Origin: Patescibacteria group bacterium
Lineage (GTDB): Bacteria; Patescibacteriota; Minisyncoccia; Phycocordibacterales; UBA1006
NCBI GenBank assembly: GCA_028286885.1
Contig: JAQBQS010000007.1
Location: 17,645 to 81,644, forward strand
Direction of reading: 5' to 3'
DNA: 64,000 bases
Shown one piece after another: positions 35,894-43,720 of this stretch. Below the pieces are notes generated by a model. The model was not told the origin of the DNA. It searched no databases and worked only from the letters and a program-made list of their open reading frames with translations. Both the position numbers and the translations under genes were made by a program. The first letter of the stretch is position 1. Every line of letters starts with the position of its first letter.

Positions 35894-36340
35894 TTACGCG
35901 ACGGTTCCTCCTGCTGCAACGACCTTCGCCTTTGCCGATTCGGAAATCGTTACTCCTGACAATGTCAGAGCTTTCGTGATCTCGCCTGTTCCCAATACCT
36001 TAACACCGGCTGAAGCCATTCGTGCATTTCGAATCATTCCTTTTGCAAGGAGCGTCTGTGCGCTGACTGTCTCGCCTGCATTGAACTTCGTTTCAAGGTC
36101 TCGAAGATTCACGACGAATGCGTCGGTTCGAACAACTGCCGAGATGGCTCGGTTTTTTCCGTAACCTCGTTTCTTAGGAATTTTCTTGATCAAGTCTCGG
36201 AGCTCTGGTCGTTTTCGGTGACCTGAACGCGCGTTCTGACCTTTGGTTCCTCGTCCTGACGTCTTACCTCGAGTTCCTCCGCGTCCGACCTGCACATGCT
36301 TTGTGTTAGGTGTTGCGCGTTTGAGTGTGTGCATCTGCAT
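35894..36340 (-). CDS. rplO: 50S ribosomal protein L15
   Basis: Gly/Arg/Lys-rich N-terminus and L15 core. It directly follows rpsE with no rpmD (L30) between. Confidence 0.85.
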   Translation of the reverse strand: MQMHTLKRATPNTKHVQVGRGGTRGKTSGRGTKGQNARSGHRKRPELRDLIKKIPKKRGYGKNRAISAVVRTDAFVVNLRDLETKFNAGETVSAQTLLAKGMIRNARMASAGVKVLGTGEITKALTLSGVTISESAKAKVVAAGGTVA

Positions 36341-36341
36341 A

Positions 36342-36986
36342 TTATTCTTTGATCACCGCAGGAGTTGCTTCTGATCGAGCTTTCTTCGGCATTGCAAATG
36401 TCGAGAGGGCTTTGATCGTCGCCTGCGCGATGTTCAATTTATTCTTTGATCCTGACATCACACGACCCGTGATATCGGTTAGTCCGCCGAGCTCGACGAC
36501 GACGCGCATCGCTGAACCTACGACGACTCCTCGTCCTGTGTTCGGCATGAGCATCACGCGCGCTGACTTGTATTTTGCATCAACATCATGTCCGATCGTT
36601 CCCTTGTCATTCAATTTAACCTTGATGATGTTTTTCTTGGCATCGTTGTAAGCTTTCTGGATTGCGAGCGTCGTGTCACCGGCCTTGCCGATTCCAATAC
36701 CCATCGTTCCGCGCTTGTCGCCGATTGCAAGAACCACTGAGAATGAGAACCGTCGCCCTCCTGAAACCACACGCGTTACGCGTCGGATCGAGAGAGTCTT
36801 CTGTTCAAATTCCGGCTTTACTCGTTCCGGGCGTCCGCCTTTTCGCGGACCTCCTCGACGATCACCTCCGGGACCTCCTGGTCGTCCACCAGATCGTGGA
36901 GCGCCTGTTCGAGGTCCTCGAAATCCTCCTGCTGGCGCAGCTGGCCGAGAAGACGGAGCCTGTGTTGTCTGTGTGTTTTCTGCCAT
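36342..36986 (-). CDS. rpsE: 30S ribosomal protein S5 with a Pro/Gly/Arg-rich N-terminal extension
   Basis: S5 dsRBD and C-terminal domains (FSFSVVLAIGDKRG..., GIGKAG). Start at MAENTQ (ATG 36984-36986); the track's longer ORF overlaps rplR. Confidence 0.85.
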   Translation of the reverse strand: MAENTQTTQAPSSRPAAPAGGFRGPRTGAPRSGGRPGGPGGDRRGGPRKGGRPERVKPEFEQKTLSIRRVTRVVSGGRRFSFSVVLAIGDKRGTMGIGIGKAGDTTLAIQKAYNDAKKNIIKVKLNDKGTIGHDVDAKYKSARVMLMPNTGRGVVVGSAMRVVVELGGLTDITGRVMSGSKNKLNIAQATIKALSTFAMPKKARSEATPAVIKE

Positions 36987-36990
36987 AGGA

Positions 36991-37335
36991 TTAGAAGTTA
37001 AGTCCTGCTTCGCGAGCAGAATCCGCCAATGCCTTGACGCGTCCCGTAAATCGGAATCCGCCTCGGTCAAAGACGATGCTGGTAATGTTTTTCTTTGAAG
37101 CCTCTCCTGCGATGGCTTTACCAATAGCAATTGCGCGCTCCGTCTTTGTTCCTTTTGCATCCTTGATATCTGATGCTGAGGCAATGGTCTTGCCTGCTGC
37201 ATCATCAATCAACTGTGCATACATGAACTTGTTTGACTTGAATACGGCGAGACGTGGGCGTTCCGCTGAACCAATGACTCGGCTACGGATTCGCTTGTGC
37301 CTTCGGATTCGTTTTTCGATAGTTGTCGTTTTCAT
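36991..37335 (-). CDS. rplR: 50S ribosomal protein L18
   Basis: Canonical L18 ([18 protein letters not shown]...). Confidence 0.9.
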   Translation of the reverse strand: MKTTTIEKRIRRHKRIRSRVIGSAERPRLAVFKSNKFMYAQLIDDAAGKTIASASDIKDAKGTKTERAIAIGKAIAGEASKKNITSIVFDRGGFRFTGRVKALADSAREAGLNF

Positions 37336-37339
37336 ACTA

Positions 37340-37873
37340 TTACGCAGACTTCTTGCCCTGCTTTCGGCGGATTACTTCGTCGTCGTATCGGAATCCTTTC
37401 CCCTTGTAAGGTTCAGGCTTCTTCTGCGATCGGACGTATGCGGAAAATTGACCGACTGCTTCCTTGTCGATTCCCGAAATGCTGATAACGTTCTTGTCAG
37501 CTGTGACTGTCAAACCTTCTGGAATTTCGATCTTGACTGGGTGCGAGAATCCAAGAGCGAGGTCGAGGCTTTTACCTGCGACTGCTGACTTGAATCCTAC
37601 ACCTTCCAAGATCAATTTCTTCTCGTAAGGCGTAACGACGCCGGCCATCATGTTCTTGATGTGCGAGCCGACCGTTCCCCAGAGGCTTCGGACGAAAACG
37701 TCTTCGCCTTTTTTGGTCAAGATGACCGTGTTTCCTTCCATTGCAATCGCAATCTTAGGATGAAATGTTCGAACGAGTTCTCCCTTGGGACCTTTCACCG
37801 TAACCGTATGGTCAACGACTGAAACAGTAACACCAGCGGGAATCTCGATCGGGTTTTTTGATATTCGTGACAT
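37340..37873 (-). CDS. rplF: 50S ribosomal protein L6
   Basis: Two-domain L6 pattern. Start at [12 protein letters not shown]. Confidence 0.9.
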   Translation of the reverse strand: MSRISKNPIEIPAGVTVSVVDHTVTVKGPKGELVRTFHPKIAIAMEGNTVILTKKGEDVFVRSLWGTVGSHIKNMMAGVVTPYEKKLILEGVGFKSAVAGKSLDLALGFSHPVKIEIPEGLTVTADKNVISISGIDKEAVGQFSAYVRSQKKPEPYKGKGFRYDDEVIRRKQGKKSA

Positions 37874-37877
37874 ACAA

Positions 37878-38264
37878 TTACCAGATTTGGAAGAGCGCTT
37901 CCCCACCTACGTGAGCTTTGCGCGCTTCGTCACCCGTTAGAATTCCCTTTGGCGTTGAAAGCACCAAAAGTCCTCGACCGTTTTTAATAGGCTTGATGTC
38001 GTGCACGCCGCAGTAAACGCGTCGTGATGACTTCGAAACTCGTTTTACATCCGTAATGCGCGGCTTTGATTCGACATATGAAACGCCGAGTTCAAGCACG
38101 TCGCCTTTTGCTCGAGATTTTTTCGCATACGATGCGATGTATCCCGAGTTGAAAAGGACTTTTGCCACCTCTCCGGAGAGATTCGTGTGAGGAACGATAA
38201 CCGTTGCCTTGCCCGCTTTTCCTCCGTTTTTAAGAGAGATGATGAGGTTTGCCATTTTGTCCAT
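37878..38264 (-). CDS. rpsH: 30S ribosomal protein S8
   Basis: Canonical S8 (MDKMANLIISLKNG...). Confidence 0.9.
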   Translation of the reverse strand: MDKMANLIISLKNGGKAGKATVIVPHTNLSGEVAKVLFNSGYIASYAKKSRAKGDVLELGVSYVESKPRITDVKRVSKSSRRVYCGVHDIKPIKNGRGLLVLSTPKGILTGDEARKAHVGGEALFQIW

Positions 38265-38279
38265 ATAAATAGTGTGGGA

Positions 38280-38549
38280 TTACCAAGAAGACTTGCGAAC
38301 GCCCGGGATCATTCCCTGGTTAGCGAGTTCTCGGAACTTGATTCGCGACAAACCGAACTGCCGGATGTAGCCATTTGCTCGACCTGTAATTGCGCATCGG
38401 TTCTTGTAGCGAGAAGGAGAAGAGTTCTTAGGAAGCTTCTGGAGACCTTCAACGTCTCCGGCTGCCTTAAGTTCTGCTCGTTTACCCGCGTACTTCGCGA
38501 TGAGCTTTGCGCGCTTGATGTTGCGTGCGAGCTGTGAAGCTTTTGCCAT
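38280..38549 (-). CDS. rpsN: 30S ribosomal protein S14 (long, non-zinc form)
   Basis: 89 aa with the ...[26 protein letters not shown]...W S14 signature. Confidence 0.85.
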   Translation of the reverse strand: MAKASQLARNIKRAKLIAKYAGKRAELKAAGDVEGLQKLPKNSSPSRYKNRCAITGRANGYIRQFGLSRIKFRELANQGMIPGVRKSSW

Positions 38550-38710
38550 GAGTAGATAAGAGGAAAAACCCCTTGAATAACTTGAATAATATTCCTTTGT
38601 CTAGCCTCGCCATGTCACACACAAGTTCATCTTGGCTCGAAATACATTCGAGAAAAAATTAAGGCGTATGGATGTACGGGACCAAAGTCGGAGCACCGAA
38701 GTGCCATGAG

Positions 38711-38739
38711 AGAATAGCAAAAAAGCCTTGGAATGTCAA
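38711..38739 (-). promoter_or_regulatory. Sigma70-like promoter TTGACA-N17-TATTCT for the rpsN...secY operon; a long (about 150 nt) leader follows
   Basis: The -35 is embedded in the hairpin cttggaat-gtcaagg-attccaag. The leader contains a 26-codon ORF (MALRCSDFGPVHPYALIFSRMYFEPR). Confidence 0.45.
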
Positions 38740-38751
38740 GGATTCCAAGCA

Positions 38752-38785
38752 AAAAAGCGGCGGCCTGACGGCCGCCGCTTTTTCT
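38752..38785 (-). terminator. Rho-independent terminator (agcggcggcc-tgac-ggccgccgct + T-run)
   Basis: 10-bp GC stem plus T5, 3' of the surface-protein gene 38796-40661. Confidence 0.6.
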
Positions 38786-38795
38786 TGTTAACTAA

Positions 38796-40661
38796 CTACT
38801 GAAGAGCCACAAAAGGAGTCATGTAACCATTCGTTCCCGGAACGAGTGAGCTTGCATACCCTGTCGCGTAATTCCCTGTAAACTGCGACGCGTTGATCGT
38901 AGAAAACGGAATATCGTAGAGGGCTGCCCGGTACTGATTGACCGCTGACGGAACAAACGAAGCCGTCAACATGAAGTTTCGCGTTGATCCCGGAGCGATA
39001 AAGAAGTTTCCATTTGAGTCCCCCGATACGACAGTCGTTGACGTAACAACGCCTGTGGCGCCGGTAGACACAAAGCCGTTTCCTGTATTGATCGTAAACT
39101 GGACATGATTTCGAGCCGACGTGTTATTCAACTGAAGAGCCGTCGCAGGAATGTACTGCGGGCATCCTGTTGATGTGACTACGAACGGAATCGTGAATGT
39201 TCCCACATTGTGAGTCGATCCTCCGCCTGCAACTGATGCAACAGCTGTCGGCGTTCCCCATGATGAAACATTGAGAATTGAGTTACAAGTCTGAACGGAT
39301 CCTGTATTTACGTATACATTTGATCCCGTTGATGATCCGGCAATTGATGATCCTGAAAGCAAATTGCCGTTGGCATCTGTCGCCTGAATCGTAGCGTTGG
39401 AAGCAGTTGATGTTGTTATGTGGACATATGATCCTGATGGAAAATTCACAGATCCAATCGGATTAAGATCTCCTTTGACTGTAAAGACTTTCGTGCTGCC
39501 GGCAGGAATCAAGAGATTGAAGTTACGGAATGTGATTATTTCCGTCCCGCTTCCCGTAGGAACTGTTTCGGCATCAAGCTGGTTTCCATTTGAATCGTAC
39601 AAGCGAAGAGTATTAACTCCGGCAGACGGAATATTAGTCGTAGCCAGCGTCAATCCGACAGGAAGGCTTCTAAGTGTTACGGATCCGCCTTGCGCCGTCG
39701 CGTCGATCACTGCAAGCTGAACATTGGTCGTATTAATTGTCGTGCTTCCTTGAACCGTATGATCGGGAAGATCGTTTGCATCCCGTGAAATTACAAGCGA
39801 TGAAGCTTGTGATCCGGTTGCATTGATCGTGAAAACGTTATCCGAGAAATCAGACGCATACATCCCTCCTGATTGAGGTGCTGATGATGCCAAGTAGATC
39901 TTAAAATTAGTTCCGTAATTCAAAGTCGTTCCGGCAGGAATCGTTCCCCACTGAGTAAGAGATGGGACGATGAACGTTGTCTGACCGCTATTGGCAAGAT
40001 TGAACCGAGGATATCCAAACGCCTGCTGACCAAGTCCGTTAGGATAATAAAAGATGCTTGCATTTACAGTACCTGTCACATTACAACTTCTCCACGTAAT
40101 GGTGATAGGCTGTCCCACCGTATATGTCTCGCCGCCGTTAGGCGTCAAAACCTGAACCTTCGGCGTATTGTTGAGGATGCAATCTCTTGTCCAGGAATCC
40201 ATAGCAGGTCCAGGGACCGGCGTTATTGTAGATCCGAGCGGTGCATGGATCGCAGGAGTTACGGTCGGCGCGACTGCCGCAGAAACCGATGCTGCCGGCG
40301 CGGACGCAAGCTGCGAGAGCTTGGCCTTGCTGTAATCTCCAAGAATGCCATCAGGTGTCAATCCGTTTGATCTCTGGAATGCCTGAATCGCCGACTGAGT
40401 TGCGACGTCAAGAACGCCCGATGCGCTTCCGGAATAATAGCCCAATTTTTTCAAGTTCGCTTGGTATGCCGCAACGTCAGGCGATGATGCGCCGAGCCCG
40501 AGCGAGTCCGCCTTCAATCCTGCAATTGCAGAACTTGAAACTTGCGACGACGAAAGTGTGGACATGGAGGATACAGATGACTTGATCGTCTGCGCGAATG
40601 CGACAGATCCGATCGCAAAGATCGCTACGGCAACAACTGCGACGAATAAGAATTTTTTCAT
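38796..40661 (-). CDS. Large secreted surface protein (about 621 aa): signal peptide, Ser/Ala-rich linker, then Thr/Ser/Asn/Gly-rich beta-repeat domains
   Basis: Start placed at MKKFLFVAVVAVAIFAIGSVAFAQ (signal peptide; ATG about 40659-40661) rather than the track's 40808, because a signal peptide must be N-terminal. Confidence 0.7.
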   Translation of the reverse strand: MKKFLFVAVVAVAIFAIGSVAFAQTIKSSVSSMSTLSSSQVSSSAIAGLKADSLGLGASSPDVAAYQANLKKLGYYSGSASGVLDVATQSAIQAFQRSNGLTPDGILGDYSKAKLSQLASAPAASVSAAVAPTVTPAIHAPLGSTITPVPGPAMDSWTRDCILNNTPKVQVLTPNGGETYTVGQPITITWRSCNVTGTVNASIFYYPNGLGQQAFGYPRFNLANSGQTTFIVPSLTQWGTIPAGTTLNYGTNFKIYLASSAPQSGGMYASDFSDNVFTINATGSQASSLVISRDANDLPDHTVQGSTTINTTNVQLAVIDATAQGGSVTLRSLPVGLTLATTNIPSAGVNTLRLYDSNGNQLDAETVPTGSGTEIITFRNFNLLIPAGSTKVFTVKGDLNPIGSVNFPSGSYVHITTSTASNATIQATDANGNLLSGSSIAGSSTGSNVYVNTGSVQTCNSILNVSSWGTPTAVASVAGGGSTHNVGTFTIPFVVTSTGCPQYIPATALQLNNTSARNHVQFTINTGNGFVSTGATGVVTSTTVVSGDSNGNFFIAPGSTRNFMLTASFVPSAVNQYRAALYDIPFSTINASQFTGNYATGYASSLVPGTNGYMTPFVALQ

Positions 40662-40706
40662 GAGTGAAGAAAGAGACACATTAAAATAATAAACATAAAC
40701 AGTATA

Positions 40707-40717
40707 CCCCCCCCCCC
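40707..40717. repeat. Homopolymeric tract, about C11 on the plus strand (G11 on the coding strand of the downstream surface-protein gene)
   Basis: Seen directly (tataccccccccccgacg), 45-55 nt upstream of the signal-peptide ATG and inside the predicted 5' UTR. My count could be off by 1. Confidence 0.65.
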
Positions 40718-40954
40718 GACGATTCACGCAATGTTCGCAATCCCCTTCTATACATAGGAAGGGTGATACGGGAAAAGAAAAAATGGCCACCTCTTTCGAG
40801 ATGACCACTTTGAACCTATGAATCCTTTAGCGCCCCTAGTAGCAGCGCAATATGATAGATGAACCTGTTTTCTTGGTAGGAATATAACACACCCTATTTT
40901 TTAGGCAAGCTTTTTAGAAAATAAACCTGGGGATAAACCCCCACACCAACATGG

Positions 40955-40990
40955 ACCAATATTGGTGTGGGGGTAAAAAAACCGCCCCCC
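40955..40990. other. Strong 12-bp-stem hairpin (cccccacaccaa...ttggtgtggggg)
   Basis: Perfect inverted repeat with a 12-nt loop, inside the structured intergenic region. Confidence 0.5.
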
Positions 40991-41042
40991 TCTTGGGAAC
41001 GGTTATCCTGTAAGCCTTTTGGGAGAAAGGAAAGGATCAGCG

Positions 41043-41075
41043 GAATTGAGAAAAAACAGCTGTTCCATGCGGACA
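41043..41075 (-). terminator. Rho-independent terminator on the minus strand (gctgttccatg-tccg-catggaacagc + T6), about 70-100 nt downstream of repeat-2's promoter-like element
   Basis: 11-bp perfect stem followed on the minus strand by TTTTTTCT. Together with the R2 promoter it defines a candidate ~100-nt sRNA. Confidence 0.55.
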
Positions 41076-41402
41076 TGGAACAGCCCTCCTTTATAGAACA
41101 TCCAACCCGTTTCTTATTATGAAGAAAACTCAGCATGCTTTCTTGGTCCAATTATAGCACCCTCAAAACCAGGCGCAAGCAAGAAAATAAGCCGACACTT
41201 TGGAGGAAGCGCCGACTTACTAAAACCCAATTTATGAAAAGTTCAAACATGTTTTCTTGGTGAGACTATAGCACTGCTGAAAAAGAAGCGCAAGAATAAA
41301 AACCGCCAACCCTCATTCGAGGCGATGGCGGCTATCTGCGTTCATACATTCCATGTATATCATATTTTTTCCTAAAAACAAGTCGGCCGGACGCAATAAA
41401 AA

Positions 41403-41432
41403 ACCCGCTGCTTTCGCCGCGGGTTGTTGTGG
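41403..41432 (-). terminator. Rho-independent terminator (aacccgc-tgctttcgcc-gcgggtt + T-run)
   Basis: 3' of the 41440-43566 gene. Confidence 0.6.
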
Positions 41433-41439
41433 GAAGTTT

Positions 41440-43566
41440 TTAATTTCTCACAATCTTTTGAACTGATATCGTCTTGTTATTCTCATCAGCGATCTGTACC
41501 AGATATATTCCCGAAGATTCATTTCTGAGATCAAGCGCGAACGTTCCTGTGTGAGTTTCGCTCATGATAGACCTTCCTGTCAGATCGACAATGGTTACCG
41601 TCGATTGTTTTGAATCAGAGAGGCCGACATGAATGAAATCAGCCGTTGGATTTGGATAAACCTTGATAGCGTCTGCGGCTACATCTTGGGTTCCTGTGGA
41701 GATTGCAGCTGGCGTTACAAAGTCTCTTCCATCTTGCATAGGATTGTCTCCGTTCATATCTTTGATTGTTGCACTCGCATAGTAGAGAGTGCTCGGATCG
41801 AGATATTGAGAAGGATAGTAATCATATGAGATATAGTCAGTTCCAATTGATATTGCTGCATAAGAATGAACTATTCCAGTTCCTTGCATAACATCAAGAT
41901 ACAACTTGCTTGGAGTTCCCTGGCCGTTTGCACGAACAGTGATCTTTACGCGCGAGTTTGAAGTATCAACCAAGATGTCCAAGATGATCGGCGACTGCGG
42001 AGCATTGGTGTACTGCTGCAAGCCTGTGCCAAACGCATATTGGTTGTCACCTGAAGTTGCAAACGGAGTAACCAAGTAGGTATGCCCTCCGATCAAACCT
42101 GTCAGCTGAGCCAACGCGTTCGTACCGCTTGAAGAAAAAATTCCATAGCTGCCAGTCGTATCGACTCCGCCTGCCGTCAAATCTTCAACGACAAACCTGA
42201 GCTTGTTGGTGTCTCCTGCGTTAACGTTCAGATGAACATTATGCGCTTCGAGCATTGACGAACTTGCCATCACGAGAGTTCCCCATGTTGGCGCATTCGG
42301 AACGCGCAGAGCTGGAAGCGGTAAAAGCGTAAATGTGATCTGCAGTGAATCCTTCAGTCCCAGGCTGTCCTCTACATAAATCCAAGCCGAGTTTTGAGCA
42401 GGACCGGGATTCAGATTAGTCAGCGTAAACGTCGGCATTTGCGTGCCTGTAAACCAAGTTCCCGTCTGAGTATGACTCACGCCATTCTTGTCAAGATTCT
42501 TGATTGAAACACGAGAGCGGCTTCCGTTCCATGTACCATGCGAGCTTGCCGTAACCGAGATCACGACAGAGCTTGTAGTTGGATTGAGCGTATCCCAGTT
42601 ATCAATCGTAGAAGGATTAATTTGAAGCGTTTGCGTTCCCGCAGTCTTCGCATTTGTTCCCCCACTGCTTCTTGCCGTAATGGTAACTGAGTAACCACTC
42701 GCTGTGCGCAAGTGTGTGTGATGATAAGACAACGTCGTATCGCCACCATACGCAACTGTTACAATCGGAGGATAATTAAATCCGCCAACTGAATCGGTGA
42801 GAACTTCCGTGATCGTGTCAGGACCGGAATTTCCGGATGTGATCCTCGTCGTAAAGATAAGGGAATCCTGAAATCTGGTAACGCTGATCGTGCCGACGCT
42901 CGCACCCGTAACCGAAGGGACGGTATAGTCAGGCACGCCCTCAGTATGATACTGAGGAATGCCCTGTACATATCCGACCACGGTTCCAAAGAGATCATTC
43001 GCCGTATACGTCCTACCCGCAACATTGTGGGTACCCGTAACATCGAAGAACGTGTCTGCAACGCCGACAAGATTGAGAAGTCCCGTTGCAGGTACGCCGC
43101 CATCTTGTTCAAATCCGACCTGCGCATGATAGCCGCCTGTCAGATTGTAGTGAAATCCAACTCTCGTAAAATTTACTCCTGGCGTCATCGTAATATAGGT
43201 GAATGCCATCGGCAAAATCTGCGGAGTATGGACTGTGACAAAAGGTGTCGTCGTATCGCTCACACCATTGGCAGTAGCAACCCACGCGATGCGGTAGTCG
43301 CTGTTCTGCTGCAAGCTGTCGAGCTTCTTATACGTTGCCGTACCGTTGCCGGAATATCCGATAGCAGGGGTGGCACGCAGGGTGTCACTGATCTTGCCAT
43401 AGATGAAATGTCCGGTATACGTTGCGGTATTGCCCGCTCCGGTTCTGATCGTCAGATACGTCGCGCGTACGGAATCCGTAGGCGGCGAGGCGATGATCGA
43501 ATAGACTTGCGCGTTTACAAACGCTACGAATGCCATCAAGATGGCCGTGAATACTGTTCTTTTCAT
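41440..43566 (-). CDS. Large secreted surface protein (708 aa) ending in a T9SS-type C-terminal sorting domain (Por_Secre_tail-like)
   Basis: N-terminal signal peptide, then Thr/Gly/Ser-rich beta domains. The final 75 aa (KVYPNPTADFIHVGL...TVTIVDLTGRSIM...LDLRNESSGIYLVQIADENNKTISVQKIVRN) match the Bacteroidota T9SS CTD pattern. Confidence 0.7.
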   Translation of the reverse strand: MKRTVFTAILMAFVAFVNAQVYSIIASPPTDSVRATYLTIRTGAGNTATYTGHFIYGKISDTLRATPAIGYSGNGTATYKKLDSLQQNSDYRIAWVATANGVSDTTTPFVTVHTPQILPMAFTYITMTPGVNFTRVGFHYNLTGGYHAQVGFEQDGGVPATGLLNLVGVADTFFDVTGTHNVAGRTYTANDLFGTVVGYVQGIPQYHTEGVPDYTVPSVTGASVGTISVTRFQDSLIFTTRITSGNSGPDTITEVLTDSVGGFNYPPIVTVAYGGDTTLSYHHTHLRTASGYSVTITARSSGGTNAKTAGTQTLQINPSTIDNWDTLNPTTSSVVISVTASSHGTWNGSRSRVSIKNLDKNGVSHTQTGTWFTGTQMPTFTLTNLNPGPAQNSAWIYVEDSLGLKDSLQITFTLLPLPALRVPNAPTWGTLVMASSSMLEAHNVHLNVNAGDTNKLRFVVEDLTAGGVDTTGSYGIFSSSGTNALAQLTGLIGGHTYLVTPFATSGDNQYAFGTGLQQYTNAPQSPIILDILVDTSNSRVKITVRANGQGTPSKLYLDVMQGTGIVHSYAAISIGTDYISYDYYPSQYLDPSTLYYASATIKDMNGDNPMQDGRDFVTPAAISTGTQDVAADAIKVYPNPTADFIHVGLSDSKQSTVTIVDLTGRSIMSETHTGTFALDLRNESSGIYLVQIADENNKTISVQKIVRN

Positions 43567-43616
43567 TTGTATTGATTTGGTTTTTTGTTATTTTAATATA
43601 AAGGTATCTCTATATT

Positions 43617-43646
43617 ACTATAGCATAGTTATAGGTCTTTTGTCAA
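43617..43646 (-). promoter_or_regulatory. Sigma70-like promoter TTGACA-N18-TATAGT (minus strand)
   Basis: CTACTTGACAAAAG box about 45 nt upstream of the ATG at 43566. Confidence 0.5.
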
Positions 43647-43720
43647 GTAGCCAACAATCCCCTATTTGCAAGGTTTTAGGGCGTTTCCTCCCACCTTTTC
43701 CATCTGCTATACTTGTCCAC

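Larger units (their letters stand above)
40851..41290 (-). repeat. Three tandem, imperfect roughly 45-bp repeats (core TG(T/C)TTTCTTGGT-N6-TATA(A/G)CAC ... GCAAG-AAAATAA) at about 40862, 41128 and 41242. On the minus strand each reads as CTTGC(G/C)-N16-18-TATA(A/T/G)T, a promoter-like element
   Basis: Seen in the sequence. Spacing between copies is 266 and 114 bp (irregular, so not CRISPR). The minus-strand hexamers are TTGCCT-16-TATATT, TTGCGC-16-TATAAT and TTGCGC-18-TATAGT. Confidence 0.5.

Noticed and set aside
36987-37208. N-terminal 74 codons of the rpsE track ORF ([11 protein letters not shown]...)
   Set aside because: Overlaps rplR in another frame. S5 homology begins after the ATG at 36984-36986.
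40894-41151. 85-aa track ORF (MDQESMLSFLHNKKRVG...) in the repeat-rich spacer
   Set aside because: It reads straight through two perfect 11-12-bp hairpins and a T-run terminator. It is better explained as structured non-coding RNA or a regulatory region.
40851-41290. Possible CRISPR array suggested by the three tandem repeats
   Set aside because: There are only three copies, with irregular spacing (266 and 114 bp) and imperfect repeats. No cas genes are nearby. The promoter-like reading fits better.
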